Of a stretch of 64,000 nucleotides of DNA, positions 31,074 through 40,390 are shown one piece after another. Positions within the stretch are counted from its first letter, which is position 1, and each line of letters opens with the position of its first letter. The notes beneath the pieces are model-generated. The model ran no database searches. It worked only from the letters and a program-made list of their open reading frames with translations, and was not told where the DNA came from. A program made the translations under genes and the position numbers. Origin of the DNA: an uncultured Planctomycetaceae bacterium (GTDB taxonomy: Bacteria > Planctomycetota > Planctomycetia > Planctomycetales > Planctomycetaceae); assembly GCA_963815195.1 (NCBI GenBank), contig CAWFGE010000015.1:640001-704000 (forward strand), read 5' to 3'.

Positions 31074-32717
31074 TCACCGCGAAGCCTGGCGGCTGAGGAC
31101 TTCCAGGCCTTTGAGGATGTCTTGATCCTGGGCCAGTTCCTGGTCGGTGCTTCCGCCGTAATAGGCGACGTGTTCGCCCGCGGGCCGTTCGACCACGACG
31201 TGCGGCCGCACGCCGACTTTGCCGTAGGTGTTGCCGTTCGGCGAATAGAATTTCGCGGTCGTCAGCCGCAAGCCGGTGGAGCCTTGCACGGGGAAGATGC
31301 TTTGCACCGACCATTTGCCGTAGGTCTGCCGGCCGACGATTGTGCCGCGGTGATGATCGAGAATGGCCCCGGCCACGATTTCGCTGGCACTGGCGCTGTC
31401 GCCGTCCACCAACAACACGAGCGGGATCGGAGTCGTGCCTTGCGGGCGGGCGGAGTAGCTCCAGTTCTGATCGGCGACCCGGCCTTTGGTGGAAACCAGA
31501 ACGCCGCCCGACAAAAACCGGTCCAGGACTTCGACCGCCGCGGTCAGAAGCCCGCCGGGATTGCCGCGCAGGTCCCAGATCAGGGATTTCATGCCTTGGC
31601 GTTTGAGGCTCGCGAGGGCGGCGTCCATCTCGGCCGCGGTGGTCTTTTGAAAGCCGGTCATTTGGATGTAGCCCACGCCGGTGCTTTCGTCGATGATCTT
31701 CGCCACGGGAATGCTTTTGACCTGCACGGCCCGGCGGGCGAAGCGTCCGGTGCGGGTTGGGTAACTTCCGAGGCTTTGAATCTCGATTTCCACCTGGCTT
31801 CCGGACGGCCCCCGCAATAAGCGGGCGGCTTCGTCGGTCGTCATATTCCGGCAGTCCTGCCCCTCGATGGCGACGATGTAATCGCCCCGCCGCAGCCCGC
31901 CTTCTTGCGCGGGGCTTTCGGGAAGCACATTCATCAACCGCATTCCGCGGCCGGCTTCGCCCTTCATTTCGATGCCCAGGCCCACGAACTCGCCTTCGAT
32001 GTTGCCGTAGAGATCGTTCAAGCGGTCCGGCGTCAGGTAGTTGCTGTAATCGTCCAACGCATTGCAGCCGCCGAACAGGTATTCCATGACGACGGGGCTG
32101 CTGTTTAAGCGGATTTCATTCCACGCCAGGTCGCAGACTTCGTTCACCGTGGTGCGGGCGGCGGCACGGTTGGCGACGGGCTTGTTCCAATACTGGTCCC
32201 GCAAAGTCACCCGCAGCCGGCGAACGCGGTCGGGGGCGACGTTCCGCAGATGCCGCTCCACAAACTTCGGGTTGCTGAGTGCGAGATAGAAGCTCTCGGT
32301 GCCATGAGCCACGAACGACGTGGAACTCACCGGCTCGACATAGTTAGTTTGGATTTGGGAGAGGATGCGTTCGTAGCGGTCGAGAGCCGCCGAGCTGGGC
32401 ATCCGCAGCAGTTGGTTTTCGAAGCTGGCATCGGCGTACCGGCGTTCGATGCCGAAGTGGATTTTCGACCGCCGGAGCCCGTATTGCAGGGATTTGTTGT
32501 CGGGCCAGCCTTTGAGCGATTTTTCGTAATGCTCGATGGCGTCGAGCCATTTTTGCGAGCGTTCCAGATCGGCCCCGGTCAAAATCGCCGAGCGGGCCTC
32601 TGGAGTCACCTCTTGGGCGACTCCGGCCGATGGACTGAAAACCATCAGCGAACACGCCCAGAAACCGAGCACGATGAGACAACTCATGGCGCGTGTGATC
32701 GTCGATGCAAATCTCAT
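31074..32717 (-). CDS. S41 carboxyl-terminal processing protease with PDZ domain
   Basis: GLGIEM PDZ motif, DLRGNPGG, SASASEIVAG, TYGKWSVQ. Confidence 0.93.
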   Translation of the reverse strand: MRFASTITRAMSCLIVLGFWACSLMVFSPSAGVAQEVTPEARSAILTGADLERSQKWLDAIEHYEKSLKGWPDNKSLQYGLRRSKIHFGIERRYADASFENQLLRMPSSAALDRYERILSQIQTNYVEPVSSTSFVAHGTESFYLALSNPKFVERHLRNVAPDRVRRLRVTLRDQYWNKPVANRAAARTTVNEVCDLAWNEIRLNSSPVVMEYLFGGCNALDDYSNYLTPDRLNDLYGNIEGEFVGLGIEMKGEAGRGMRLMNVLPESPAQEGGLRRGDYIVAIEGQDCRNMTTDEAARLLRGPSGSQVEIEIQSLGSYPTRTGRFARRAVQVKSIPVAKIIDESTGVGYIQMTGFQKTTAAEMDAALASLKRQGMKSLIWDLRGNPGGLLTAAVEVLDRFLSGGVLVSTKGRVADQNWSYSARPQGTTPIPLVLLVDGDSASASEIVAGAILDHHRGTIVGRQTYGKWSVQSIFPVQGSTGLRLTTAKFYSPNGNTYGKVGVRPHVVVERPAGEHVAYYGGSTDQELAQDQDILKGLEVLSRQASR

Positions 32718-33193
32718 TATAGCCCCCTCACGATTCAACAAGGCCGGCCAGAAAATCGGGGAAGTTCATCACAGGAGTCATCTGGGAGGCGAACTGGCAA
32801 CGTCTTGTTGAAAAGATGGAAAGTTTCATCGCGAACTGTTGCCCAGATGCAACCGTGCCTCGCGACCTAGTTGACTATAAGCCACGAATTTTCGGTCGTC
32901 AAACATTGTCCGGGAGGAGTGCGCGGCAAAATCCGCACAATCCGCCCAGAATGTCCCCGATAGCCGGACTGGGACCGGATTTGGCAGATTGCGGGAATTA
33001 TCCTTCGGCGCAACGACCGGAAAAATCCGCACAATCGAAAGCCGGGCTTCGCGACAACCGCCACAGGCGGCACGAAAGGCGGCCATGGGTTACGATGGAA
33101 AAATTCAGCGCGAATGTAACGGCGGCTTTCCGCGGCGGGAAAGTTTCTTCCCGGTGGACACGTGCCGAGCGACAACTTCAGGACGCCTCACCC

Positions 33194-34489
33194 ATGCCTT
33201 TGCCCGCGTATCGACCGGTTCTTTCCGATGCTCCGCAGCTTTCGCGCGAACTGCGATTGCGGATCGAGTCCGACTATCACCGCTTCGCTCAAAGCGGCCT
33301 GCCCGGGGATCTCGAAGAGTATCTGTTGTCGGAATATCAAGTGGATATGGGGAGCACATACGGTGGACGCGCCATCAAGAATCCCTGGGGCAAAGCGTCC
33401 GGGCAACTCTCGATGACGGCCCGTCAGGTGGCGGACGACGTGGCGGCGGGGCTGGGTTTTGTTGTGCTCAAAACGGTGATCGCCCAGGACGAGACCGGCA
33501 CCCAAACCATGCGGGCCTGGGCCGTGCCGGAAGCCCGCATGCTCGTGGAACGCATCACCGGCAAGACCGGCGAGGAAGGCTGGACGGTCAGCTGGAAAGG
33601 CCGGGGCTGGTGGCAGTCCTTCGCGGATTATCTAGAACTGGTCCGCGAGTCCCAAACGCTCGCCCGAGGCACCGGCACGTTGATTGTCCCCTCGTGCAAG
33701 TTCCATCTCCCCACGCCCGGCGAACCCGCCTGGAAGACCGCGGAATACGATTACACCGTGGCCCAACTCTTCGCGGCGTGGGCCGGTCCCCTGGTCCGGC
33801 CCGAGCCGATGCCTCTGGAAAAAGATTTCAGCCCCACGCTCGCCGGCAGCGACCGGGCCACCGAAGCGGCCCAGATTCTCTCCTGGCTGCGCACCGTGCC
33901 CCGCTTGATTCGCGCCGCCGACGTGCCAACGGACGAACCCCCGAAGCCGCCGGTACTCGTCGGCCTGAAAATCTTCAACGCCCTGTTTGAAGATGAGTTC
34001 CAACTGGAGATGCTCCGCACGATCCATCAACCGGGGCCGGACCGGGCGGACTTTTATATCTATGGAAATCGGTTGTTCGATCCTCTGCGGGAATTTGAGA
34101 GGCACCAGGGCATCGCCTACGGCGGCCCGGATTTGAGCGACCGGAATCTCCGCGTGATGGCGGCGTTTCAAGAAGAGCTAGTGGCTGAAACCGATTCATC
34201 GCCGCTCGAATGGTCCGCGACGGGGAACATCACCACGGGGAAGATGGCGCTCGAGTATGCGCTCTGCGGTGCGAGCAGTTTTCAGCTGCACACGTTCTTC
34301 CAACTTCCGAACGACCAATACATCATGAAGCAAGGCTCCCGCACGGCACGGGCGATCCACGAGTTGTATTTTCACCCAGAGACGGGTTTTCTCGCCGGCC
34401 TCCATAACATCGCCCGGCGACTGGGGCTTTCCGGGACGCCGCTGCGGTTCGCCGACATCATCGGCCGCCGGTTGGAACTGATCGATTGA
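33194..34489 (+). CDS. dihydroorotate/dihydropyrimidine dehydrogenase-like FMN TIM-barrel protein (divergent)
   Basis: KNPWGKASG, GFVVLKT, SATGNITTGKMALEYALCGASSFQLHT resemble DHODH FMN-binding segments. Confidence 0.6.
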   Translation: MPLPAYRPVLSDAPQLSRELRLRIESDYHRFAQSGLPGDLEEYLLSEYQVDMGSTYGGRAIKNPWGKASGQLSMTARQVADDVAAGLGFVVLKTVIAQDETGTQTMRAWAVPEARMLVERITGKTGEEGWTVSWKGRGWWQSFADYLELVRESQTLARGTGTLIVPSCKFHLPTPGEPAWKTAEYDYTVAQLFAAWAGPLVRPEPMPLEKDFSPTLAGSDRATEAAQILSWLRTVPRLIRAADVPTDEPPKPPVLVGLKIFNALFEDEFQLEMLRTIHQPGPDRADFYIYGNRLFDPLREFERHQGIAYGGPDLSDRNLRVMAAFQEELVAETDSSPLEWSATGNITTGKMALEYALCGASSFQLHTFFQLPNDQYIMKQGSRTARAIHELYFHPETGFLAGLHNIARRLGLSGTPLRFADIIGRRLELID

Positions 34490-34602
34490 AAGAACGCTGC
34501 GAACCTTTCGGATCATTCGCCGGTCTGTTGTTTCAATGAACCGGGGCGAGCGCCCGGCGGCTGATCGATCCGACAATTATTCCTCGAACGGAGGACGTTT
34601 CC

Positions 34603-35253
34603 ATAAACACCGAGCGCGGGTTATTTGATTTGATCCGGGAGAATCCCGACGACCTCACGCCGCGGTTGGTTTATGCCGATTGGTGCGACGAGCGGGGCGA
34701 TCCGCGGGGAGAGTTTATTCGCATCCAATGCGAGCTGGCGCTGCTCCGCGGCCATCAGGAGAATCGGCGGTTGCTGGAACTCCGGGAATCATTCTTGTGG
34801 GAGGAACACCGGCGGGAGTGGAACGGCGAGATTCACCGCCGACTCGCGGCGACGCCCTTAAAAAACCAGGTGGGCGCCCGGCGGGGTTTGATCCGCCACT
34901 GGGAATACGCGCGGGGTTTCGCGGAGTTTGCCATCGTCGAGCCGGAAGCTTTTCTCGATTTTCCCGAAGCCCTGTTCCAGATCGGCCCGCTCGGGCGGTT
35001 GAAGATTCTGCATGCGCGGGATCACATCCGGGAGATTTTGCGTTCGCCGTTTCTGCCCCGACTGCACACGCTCGAATTGGATTTGCCGGCGGTCAACCAG
35101 GAAACCGTCGAACGGCGGATTTTCGCGCAGCGGTCGCCCGCGGCGGATCATGTGCTCATCCTGCCGCTGCGATGCAGGCAGACGCCGCCCGATCCGGCGA
35201 CGCGGTTTTTTGATCGCGTGAGCCAGACCTGGCAGGCACTTTTCGGCCGCTGA
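34603..35253 (+). CDS. TIGR02996 repeat-companion domain protein
   Basis: IRENPDDLTPRLVYADWCDERGDPRGEFIRIQC signature; GGAGG RBS points to an in-frame ATA at 34603. Confidence 0.85.
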   Translation: MNTERGLFDLIRENPDDLTPRLVYADWCDERGDPRGEFIRIQCELALLRGHQENRRLLELRESFLWEEHRREWNGEIHRRLAATPLKNQVGARRGLIRHWEYARGFAEFAIVEPEAFLDFPEALFQIGPLGRLKILHARDHIREILRSPFLPRLHTLELDLPAVNQETVERRIFAQRSPAADHVLILPLRCRQTPPDPATRFFDRVSQTWQALFGR

Positions 35254-35285
35254 AGGGCTGAAAGAATGCGGCGGTTCGGGATGTC

Positions 35286-35801
35286 TCAGGTGTCCAATTC
35301 CGCTTCGCGAAACTTCGAGGCGGCGGCGACGGCGAGTTCGTCGCAGCGCTCGTTCTCGGGATGCCCGGCGTGGCCTTTGACGAGCGTAAATCTCACGTCG
35401 TGCGCGGAGAGCAGTTCGTCAAGCTGTTTCCAAAGCTCCACGTTCTTGACGGGCTTCCAGCGAGATTTCTCCCGCCGCCGCCAGCCGTTGGCTTTCCAGT
35501 TGGGCATCCACTCGCGGCAGCCGTGGGCGACGTAGGTGCTGTCTGTGACGATTTCCACCCTCGAACGTTTGGTGAGGGCTTTGAGGCCCTGGATCACGGC
35601 CTGCATTTCCATCTGGTTGTTCGTGGTGTGCGCTTCGCCGCCGGAGGCTTCTTTTTCGGTTCCGGTCGCGGGGTGGCGCAGCATGTATCCCCAGCCGCCC
35701 GGGCCGGGATTTCCCTGGCAGGCACCATCCGTGAACAATTGAACGAACGGCAAAGCGGGCGGGGCACCCGATGCGGGCGCGTCGGCGGGTTCGTCAGGCA
35801 T
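35286..35801 (-). CDS. rnhA: ribonuclease HI
   Basis: TDGACQGNPGPGGWG, TTNNQMEM, VKGHAGHPENERCDELA. Confidence 0.96.
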   Translation of the reverse strand: MPDEPADAPASGAPPALPFVQLFTDGACQGNPGPGGWGYMLRHPATGTEKEASGGEAHTTNNQMEMQAVIQGLKALTKRSRVEIVTDSTYVAHGCREWMPNWKANGWRRREKSRWKPVKNVELWKQLDELLSAHDVRFTLVKGHAGHPENERCDELAVAAASKFREAELDT

Positions 35802-35851
35802 GGGGAGACGGACGGGATGACAGGTAGCGGTGAGAAATCCAGCAGCCGCGG

Positions 35852-36070
35852 CTAACGTTCGCGGTAGACGATTCGTCCGCGGTTCAGGTCGTAGGGCGAA
35901 ACTTCCACGATCACTCGATCGCCCGGCACAATCCGAATAAAGTGTTTTCGCATCTTGCCCGCCACGTGCGCGAGCACTTCATGTCCGTTGTCCAGTTCCA
36001 CCCGGAACTGGGTGTTCGCCAGCGCTTCGGTCACATTTCCTTCAACTTGAATGGCCTCTTCTTTGGCCAT
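35852..36070 (-). CDS. infA: translation initiation factor IF-1
   Basis: [11 protein letters not shown]...[16 protein letters not shown]...[10 protein letters not shown]. Confidence 0.98.
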   Translation of the reverse strand: MAKEEAIQVEGNVTEALANTQFRVELDNGHEVLAHVAGKMRKHFIRIVPGDRVIVEVSPYDLNRGRIVYRER

Positions 36071-36328
36071 ATAAAACCGTCCTTTTCAACGAGAACGCGG
36101 GAAGAATCCCGAAATTTTCCACGGATGGTCCGCCATCCGTCCCTAAAATGAGTATAGCGGGCCGATCTGCCACCGGGAAGGCAGATTTTCCCCGCTGGGG
36201 TTTTGACCCACCTGGGTTTATCATCTATCCTTACTCTATGTGCGGCGTGCCCCCGCCCGTTGGTTATGGTGATCCCTCAATTCTCCTTCCCTATTTACCA
36301 GGCAACAACTGATCGGGAGAGCGAGGTT

Positions 36329-36502
36329 ATGAAAGCAATCCAGGCATTTTTCCGAGATGACGAGGCCGCAACTGCCGTCGAATATGCCGTGATGTTGGCG
36401 ATGATTCTGGTGACAGTGATCGCCGCCATCAGTTCCGTGGGTTCCACCACGGGCGGCATGTGGGGCGACATCAAAAGCGATTTGAACGCTCACGGATTCT
36501 AG
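36329..36502 (+). CDS. Flp family type IVb pilin
   Basis: FFRDDEAATAVEYAVML followed by a hydrophobic helix; GAGG RBS. Confidence 0.88.
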   Translation: MKAIQAFFRDDEAATAVEYAVMLAMILVTVIAAISSVGSTTGGMWGDIKSDLNAHGF

Positions 36503-36528
36503 CCGGAGTCCGGGCGGGAGGTCCGCGA

Positions 36529-37252
36529 TTGCAAAGTTTTATCGCGTTGGGCGGCAATCTGGGAAACGTGGAAAACACGTTTCAATCCGCTCTCAATGAT
36601 TTAGCCCTCCATCCTGACATCGCCGTGCGGAAGGTCAGTTCCACTTTTCACACCCCGCCGATGGGAGGCGAGGCCGGAGTTTCCTACTCAAACGCGGCGG
36701 CCGAACTCGATGTGACCTGCCCGCCGCTGGAACTGTTGGACCATCTGCAAACGGCCGAAATCCGCCACGGCCGCGAGCGCGCGAAACATTGGGGGCCGCG
36801 GACGCTCGATCTGGATTTGCTCTTTTACGGGGACGAAGTGCTTTCCCATCCCCGGCTCACGCTGCCGCACCCTGGCTGCTGGTATCGCCGCTTCGTCCTC
36901 GATCCGCTCGCCGAGATCGCTTCCGAGGTTCTCCACCCCGTGAAAAAACTCACCATCGGCGAACTCCGCATGCGCCTGTTGGACCGCCCGTTCAAAGTCG
37001 GCGTCGCCGGCGGCGAACCGGAGGAGAACCATCACCTCGCCGCAGAACTGTCCGCCGACATTTCCCGAGTTGAGATCTCGCACTGGTCGCCCGGCGAACG
37101 ATCCCGCACTTTTATTATGGCTGGGATCGCCGGGCGATCGAAACCCGACCTTCGCCGAATTACCGCTTTTGCCCCGACTCGATTTGACGCAGTTCCCGGA
37201 ACCGATTGCGGCTGCCGCCCGCCATGTGCTGAGCGCGGCATTGGGTTTATAA
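36529..37252 (+). CDS. folK: 2-amino-4-hydroxy-6-hydroxymethyldihydropteridine diphosphokinase, probable frameshift near 37105
   Basis: FIALGGNLG, YSNAA, WGPRTLDLDLL, LTLPHP, RRFVLDPL. Confidence 0.9.
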
Positions 37253-37255
37253 GAA

Positions 37256-38266
37256 TCACAGCGGCAGCTTATGCGGTTCGCCGGGGATTTCGCGGACCAG
37301 ACGGGGAACAGCGTAACCGGGGAGCCGGCGGCGAAGTTCCGCAATCAGGGCTCTCGCGGTTTCATCGGCCACCGCGAAATGGGCGGTCCCCGTCACGCGG
37401 TCGGTTTGATGAACGTAATAAGGCATCACGCCCAAGTCGATCAGCCGCTCGCTGAGATCCGCCAAGGCGTCGGCGGAATCGTTGACGTCTCTCAGCAGCA
37501 CCGATTGATTGAGCACGGTCACCCCGGCCCGCACCAAAGTTCTTAAAGCCTCGGCGCAGTCGGCTGCGACTTCGCGGGGATGATTGGCGTGCACGACGAC
37601 GATGGGCGTCAGCCGGGAAGTTCGGAGTTGGTGGAGGAATCTTCCCGTCACGCGGTCGGGCAGCACGATCGGCAACCGGGTATGCAGCCGAATTCGCTTG
37701 AGATGAGGAACCTGTTCCAGTCGGCTCCAGAGCTTCGCCAGCCGGTCGTCGGTGAGCATCAACGGATCGCCGCCGCTTAAGAGGATCTCCCGAAGCGAAG
37801 CATCACCTTCGATTGCCTGAAACGCCGGTTCCCAATCCTCCAGCCGCCGGGGTTCCTCGCCGTAGGGGTAATGCCGGCGGAAGCAGTATCGGCAATGGAC
37901 GGCACACGCTCCCGTGGCGATCAACAGCGCCCGCCCGGCATATTTTTTCAAAAGGCCCGGCGCCAGATGGGCCTGGGCTTCCTCCAGAGCATCCACCCGG
38001 TAGCCCGGCGTCTCTCCGAACTCCGCCCCCAAAGGCAGCACCTGGAGCAAAAGCGGATCTCGCGGATTCCCCGGTTCCATCCGGGCCAAAAAACTGCGGG
38101 GGACCAGCAGAGGAAACAACTCCGCCGCCCGCCGGGCCGGTTCTAAAACCTCCGCCGGCAACCGCAGTTCCGATACCAACATGTCCGCGTCTCGCACCGC
38201 CTCCGCCAACGAGCGATGCCAAGTGTCGGTCGCGGACGATTCGGAAACAGGAAAAGAGAGGGACAT
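37256..38266 (-). CDS. epmB: EF-P beta-lysylation protein EpmB (KamA-family radical SAM)
   Basis: CAVHCRYCFRRH, ILLSGGDPL, HANHPRE, NQSVLL, LPGYAVPRLVREIPG. Confidence 0.9.
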   Translation of the reverse strand: MSLSFPVSESSATDTWHRSLAEAVRDADMLVSELRLPAEVLEPARRAAELFPLLVPRSFLARMEPGNPRDPLLLQVLPLGAEFGETPGYRVDALEEAQAHLAPGLLKKYAGRALLIATGACAVHCRYCFRRHYPYGEEPRRLEDWEPAFQAIEGDASLREILLSGGDPLMLTDDRLAKLWSRLEQVPHLKRIRLHTRLPIVLPDRVTGRFLHQLRTSRLTPIVVVHANHPREVAADCAEALRTLVRAGVTVLNQSVLLRDVNDSADALADLSERLIDLGVMPYYVHQTDRVTGTAHFAVADETARALIAELRRRLPGYAVPRLVREIPGEPHKLPL

Positions 38267-38447
38267 CGGAGCAATCTGCTGGTGGTTTTACATCGAGGAA
38301 TCGAACGATTCATCGTAGGCGATGCCGAACGGACCTTCAAACCTCGTGTGGAAAGAAAGACGGATATTGAAGCCGATCCGGCCGGGCCGTAAAATTCCCG
38401 ATCTCAGTGTTTCCAAAAAAGCTGAAGAAATTGGTTTTGGCTTTCAA

Positions 38448-38517
38448 GAGCCGCGCACGAAGTAAGCGGTTTTCAGGGATTCAGATAATGCAAAACCGCT
38501 TACTTCGTGCGCGGCTC
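38448..38517. repeat. REP-like inverted repeat (same family as 22194)
   Basis: GAGCCGCGCACGAAGTAAGCGGTTTT...AAAACCGCTTACTTCGTGCGCGGCTC. Confidence 0.85.
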
Positions 38518-38581
38518 AGGCTTTTTTGGAACGACTGGATCTGGTTTTTTCGATCCATTGGTTCTTTTGGAAAGTGCCCGA

Positions 38582-38926
38582 ATGCGTCCCGTGGCCTCTG
38601 CGATTTTGTTCTTGTGCGCAAGCAATGTGTTCATGACGTTCGCCTGGTATGCCCACCTCAAGGAGCTCAATCACAAGCCCTGGTTTTGGGCGGTGCTGTT
38701 TAGCTGGGGCATCGCGTTTTTCGAGTACATGCTGCAAGTCCCCGGCAACCGCATCGGCCACACCGCGCTCTCGGTCGGCCAGCTCAAAATCCTGCAGGAA
38801 GCGATCACGCTGTCGGTCTTCGTGCCGTTCGCCGTACTCTATATGCGGGAACCACTCAAACTCGACTACCTCTGGGCCGCGCTGTGCGTCGTGGGGGCGG
38901 TGTACTTCATCTTCCGCGCTGCATAA
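38582..38926 (+). CDS. DMT superfamily small membrane protein (DUF486/DMT_6-like)
   Basis: SNVFMTFAWYAHLK, SWGIAFFEYMLQVPGNRIG, QLKILQEAITL. Confidence 0.9.
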   Translation: MRPVASAILFLCASNVFMTFAWYAHLKELNHKPWFWAVLFSWGIAFFEYMLQVPGNRIGHTALSVGQLKILQEAITLSVFVPFAVLYMREPLKLDYLWAALCVVGAVYFIFRAA

Positions 38927-39012
38927 AGCTTCAAACAGGGGTGCGTGTTTCGAAAGTCCGTGAATTTTAGGTTGCGGTCCTGCCAATGATCTCAAGACGA
39001 TTTCTGGATTTC

Positions 39013-39224
39013 AGCCGCGAAGCGGCGGCAGCAGATAGCTGCCGGCGTGAGCCGGCAGATCCCGGAATCTCGCAAAATGCCGAGCCGCGAAGCGGCGACA
39101 GCAGTCTTCATTCCTGGGGAGAACGGAGGTTCGCTGTCGCCGCTTCGCGGCTTTCGATTTTTCCTTCCTCGTCTCACGGCACGGGCTTACGCCCGTGGCT
39201 ACATGCTGCCGCCGCTACGCGGCT
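39013..39224. repeat. composite REP/REPIN-like element
   Basis: Two direct AGCCGCGAAGCGGCG(G/A)CAGCA copies followed by two inverted copies, between convergent genes. Confidence 0.8.
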
Positions 39225-39233
39225 GAGAACCGA

Positions 39234-40232
39234 TCAGGACTTCTTCGCTTCTTTCGCGGTCAGGCGGCTGAGGCGGAGGTTGCGGTCGTAGTGGGCGGTG
39301 GCGAGGGTGAGGCCGTCGGGGGAGAGGTCCATGCCGCGGAGGGTGTCTTTGAGCTTGAGCTTGTGGTATTCCTTGTCGCTGTCGGGTTTCCAGAAGATCA
39401 GATTCCCGCCGCCCGAACCGCCGGAACCGGCCGCGAGGGAGCCATCGGCAAGATACACCACCCGCCAGGCGACGCCGCGAACACCGGCGGCCACGTGGGA
39501 GCGGGTTTTCTTTTGGGATTCCCAATCGAAGACGACGACCAACGGATCATTCACCGCTCCCAAGGGGTTGCTGGCATTGTGAAGTCCGCAGCAGGCGAGC
39601 GATTTGCCGTCGGGACTGAACGCCAAATCCCGCACGCCGCCGTAGTCCACCTGCTGGCCTTTGTTGTAGCTGTGGAGATCCTTGGCATCGAAGGTGCGGG
39701 CGAGTTTGCCGGTTTTGAGATCCCACTGATGCACCTGCCCGCGCAAATCGCCCGAGAGCAGAAACTCGCCGCTCGGATGAAACCGCGTGCTGTAAACGTG
39801 GCTTTCGTGCCCGGCGAACTCGCGGACCAGGCTGCCGTCGGCGTTCCAGAGCTTGACCAACAAATCGTTGCCTCCGCTCGCCAGATATTTTCCGTCCGGG
39901 CTGACTGAGACCGAGCGAATCCACCCCGCGTGGGCTTTGATGCTTTTGACGGGTTCGGGTTTCTCGGCGGCGGTGGACCAGAAGATGAGCTGGTCGTCGC
40001 TGCCGGCCGAGACGAGCGTTTCGCCTTCGTTCAAAAACGCGAAATCGCGGATCCAACTTTCATGGGCCGGCCAGGTGGTCAGTTTTCCGGATGGCAGTTC
40101 CCAGCGCTGGATCGAATAATCTTCCGCGCTCGAAAATACATATCGGCCCTGCGGATCGAACCGGCAGGTAATCAGCGGGGCCGCGTGCTTCCACTCGGCG
40201 ATGATGTGCGTTTGCTTGGGATCGAGATTCAT
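39234..40232 (-). CDS. WD40 repeat protein
   Basis: AHESWI, AHAGWIRSVSVSPDGKYLASGG, GHESHV...WD. Confidence 0.9.
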   Translation of the reverse strand: MNLDPKQTHIIAEWKHAAPLITCRFDPQGRYVFSSAEDYSIQRWELPSGKLTTWPAHESWIRDFAFLNEGETLVSAGSDDQLIFWSTAAEKPEPVKSIKAHAGWIRSVSVSPDGKYLASGGNDLLVKLWNADGSLVREFAGHESHVYSTRFHPSGEFLLSGDLRGQVHQWDLKTGKLARTFDAKDLHSYNKGQQVDYGGVRDLAFSPDGKSLACCGLHNASNPLGAVNDPLVVVFDWESQKKTRSHVAAGVRGVAWRVVYLADGSLAAGSGGSGGGNLIFWKPDSDKEYHKLKLKDTLRGMDLSPDGLTLATAHYDRNLRLSRLTAKEAKKS

Positions 40233-40260
40233 GGGAATTCAAGAGTCAAAAAGTAAAAGA

Positions 40261-40389
40261 GGCGAGCGTGGGGCGTTAGGCCCATGATGTCTCGCGATCG
40301 CTTCGATTTGCTGATGTTCTAAGGTCAATTGCGTTCTCGGGCGTTTTTTTGGCTCCGAGAAATCATGGGGCTCACGCCCCACGCTCGCC
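40261..40389. repeat. REP-like doublet (same family as 22812)
   Basis: GGCGAGCGTGGGGCGTTAGGCCCATGAT...ATCATGGGGCTCACGCCCCACGCTCGCC. Confidence 0.8.
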
Positions 40390-40390
40390 T

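Noticed and set aside
32816..33193. Long N-terminal extension of the DHODH-like ORF
   Set aside because: Looks like read-through of a divergent promoter region; ATG at 33194 is the more plausible start
37256..38266. Radical SAM enzyme as a natural-product maturase
   Set aside because: Motifs and length match EpmB/KamA; no precursor peptide nearby
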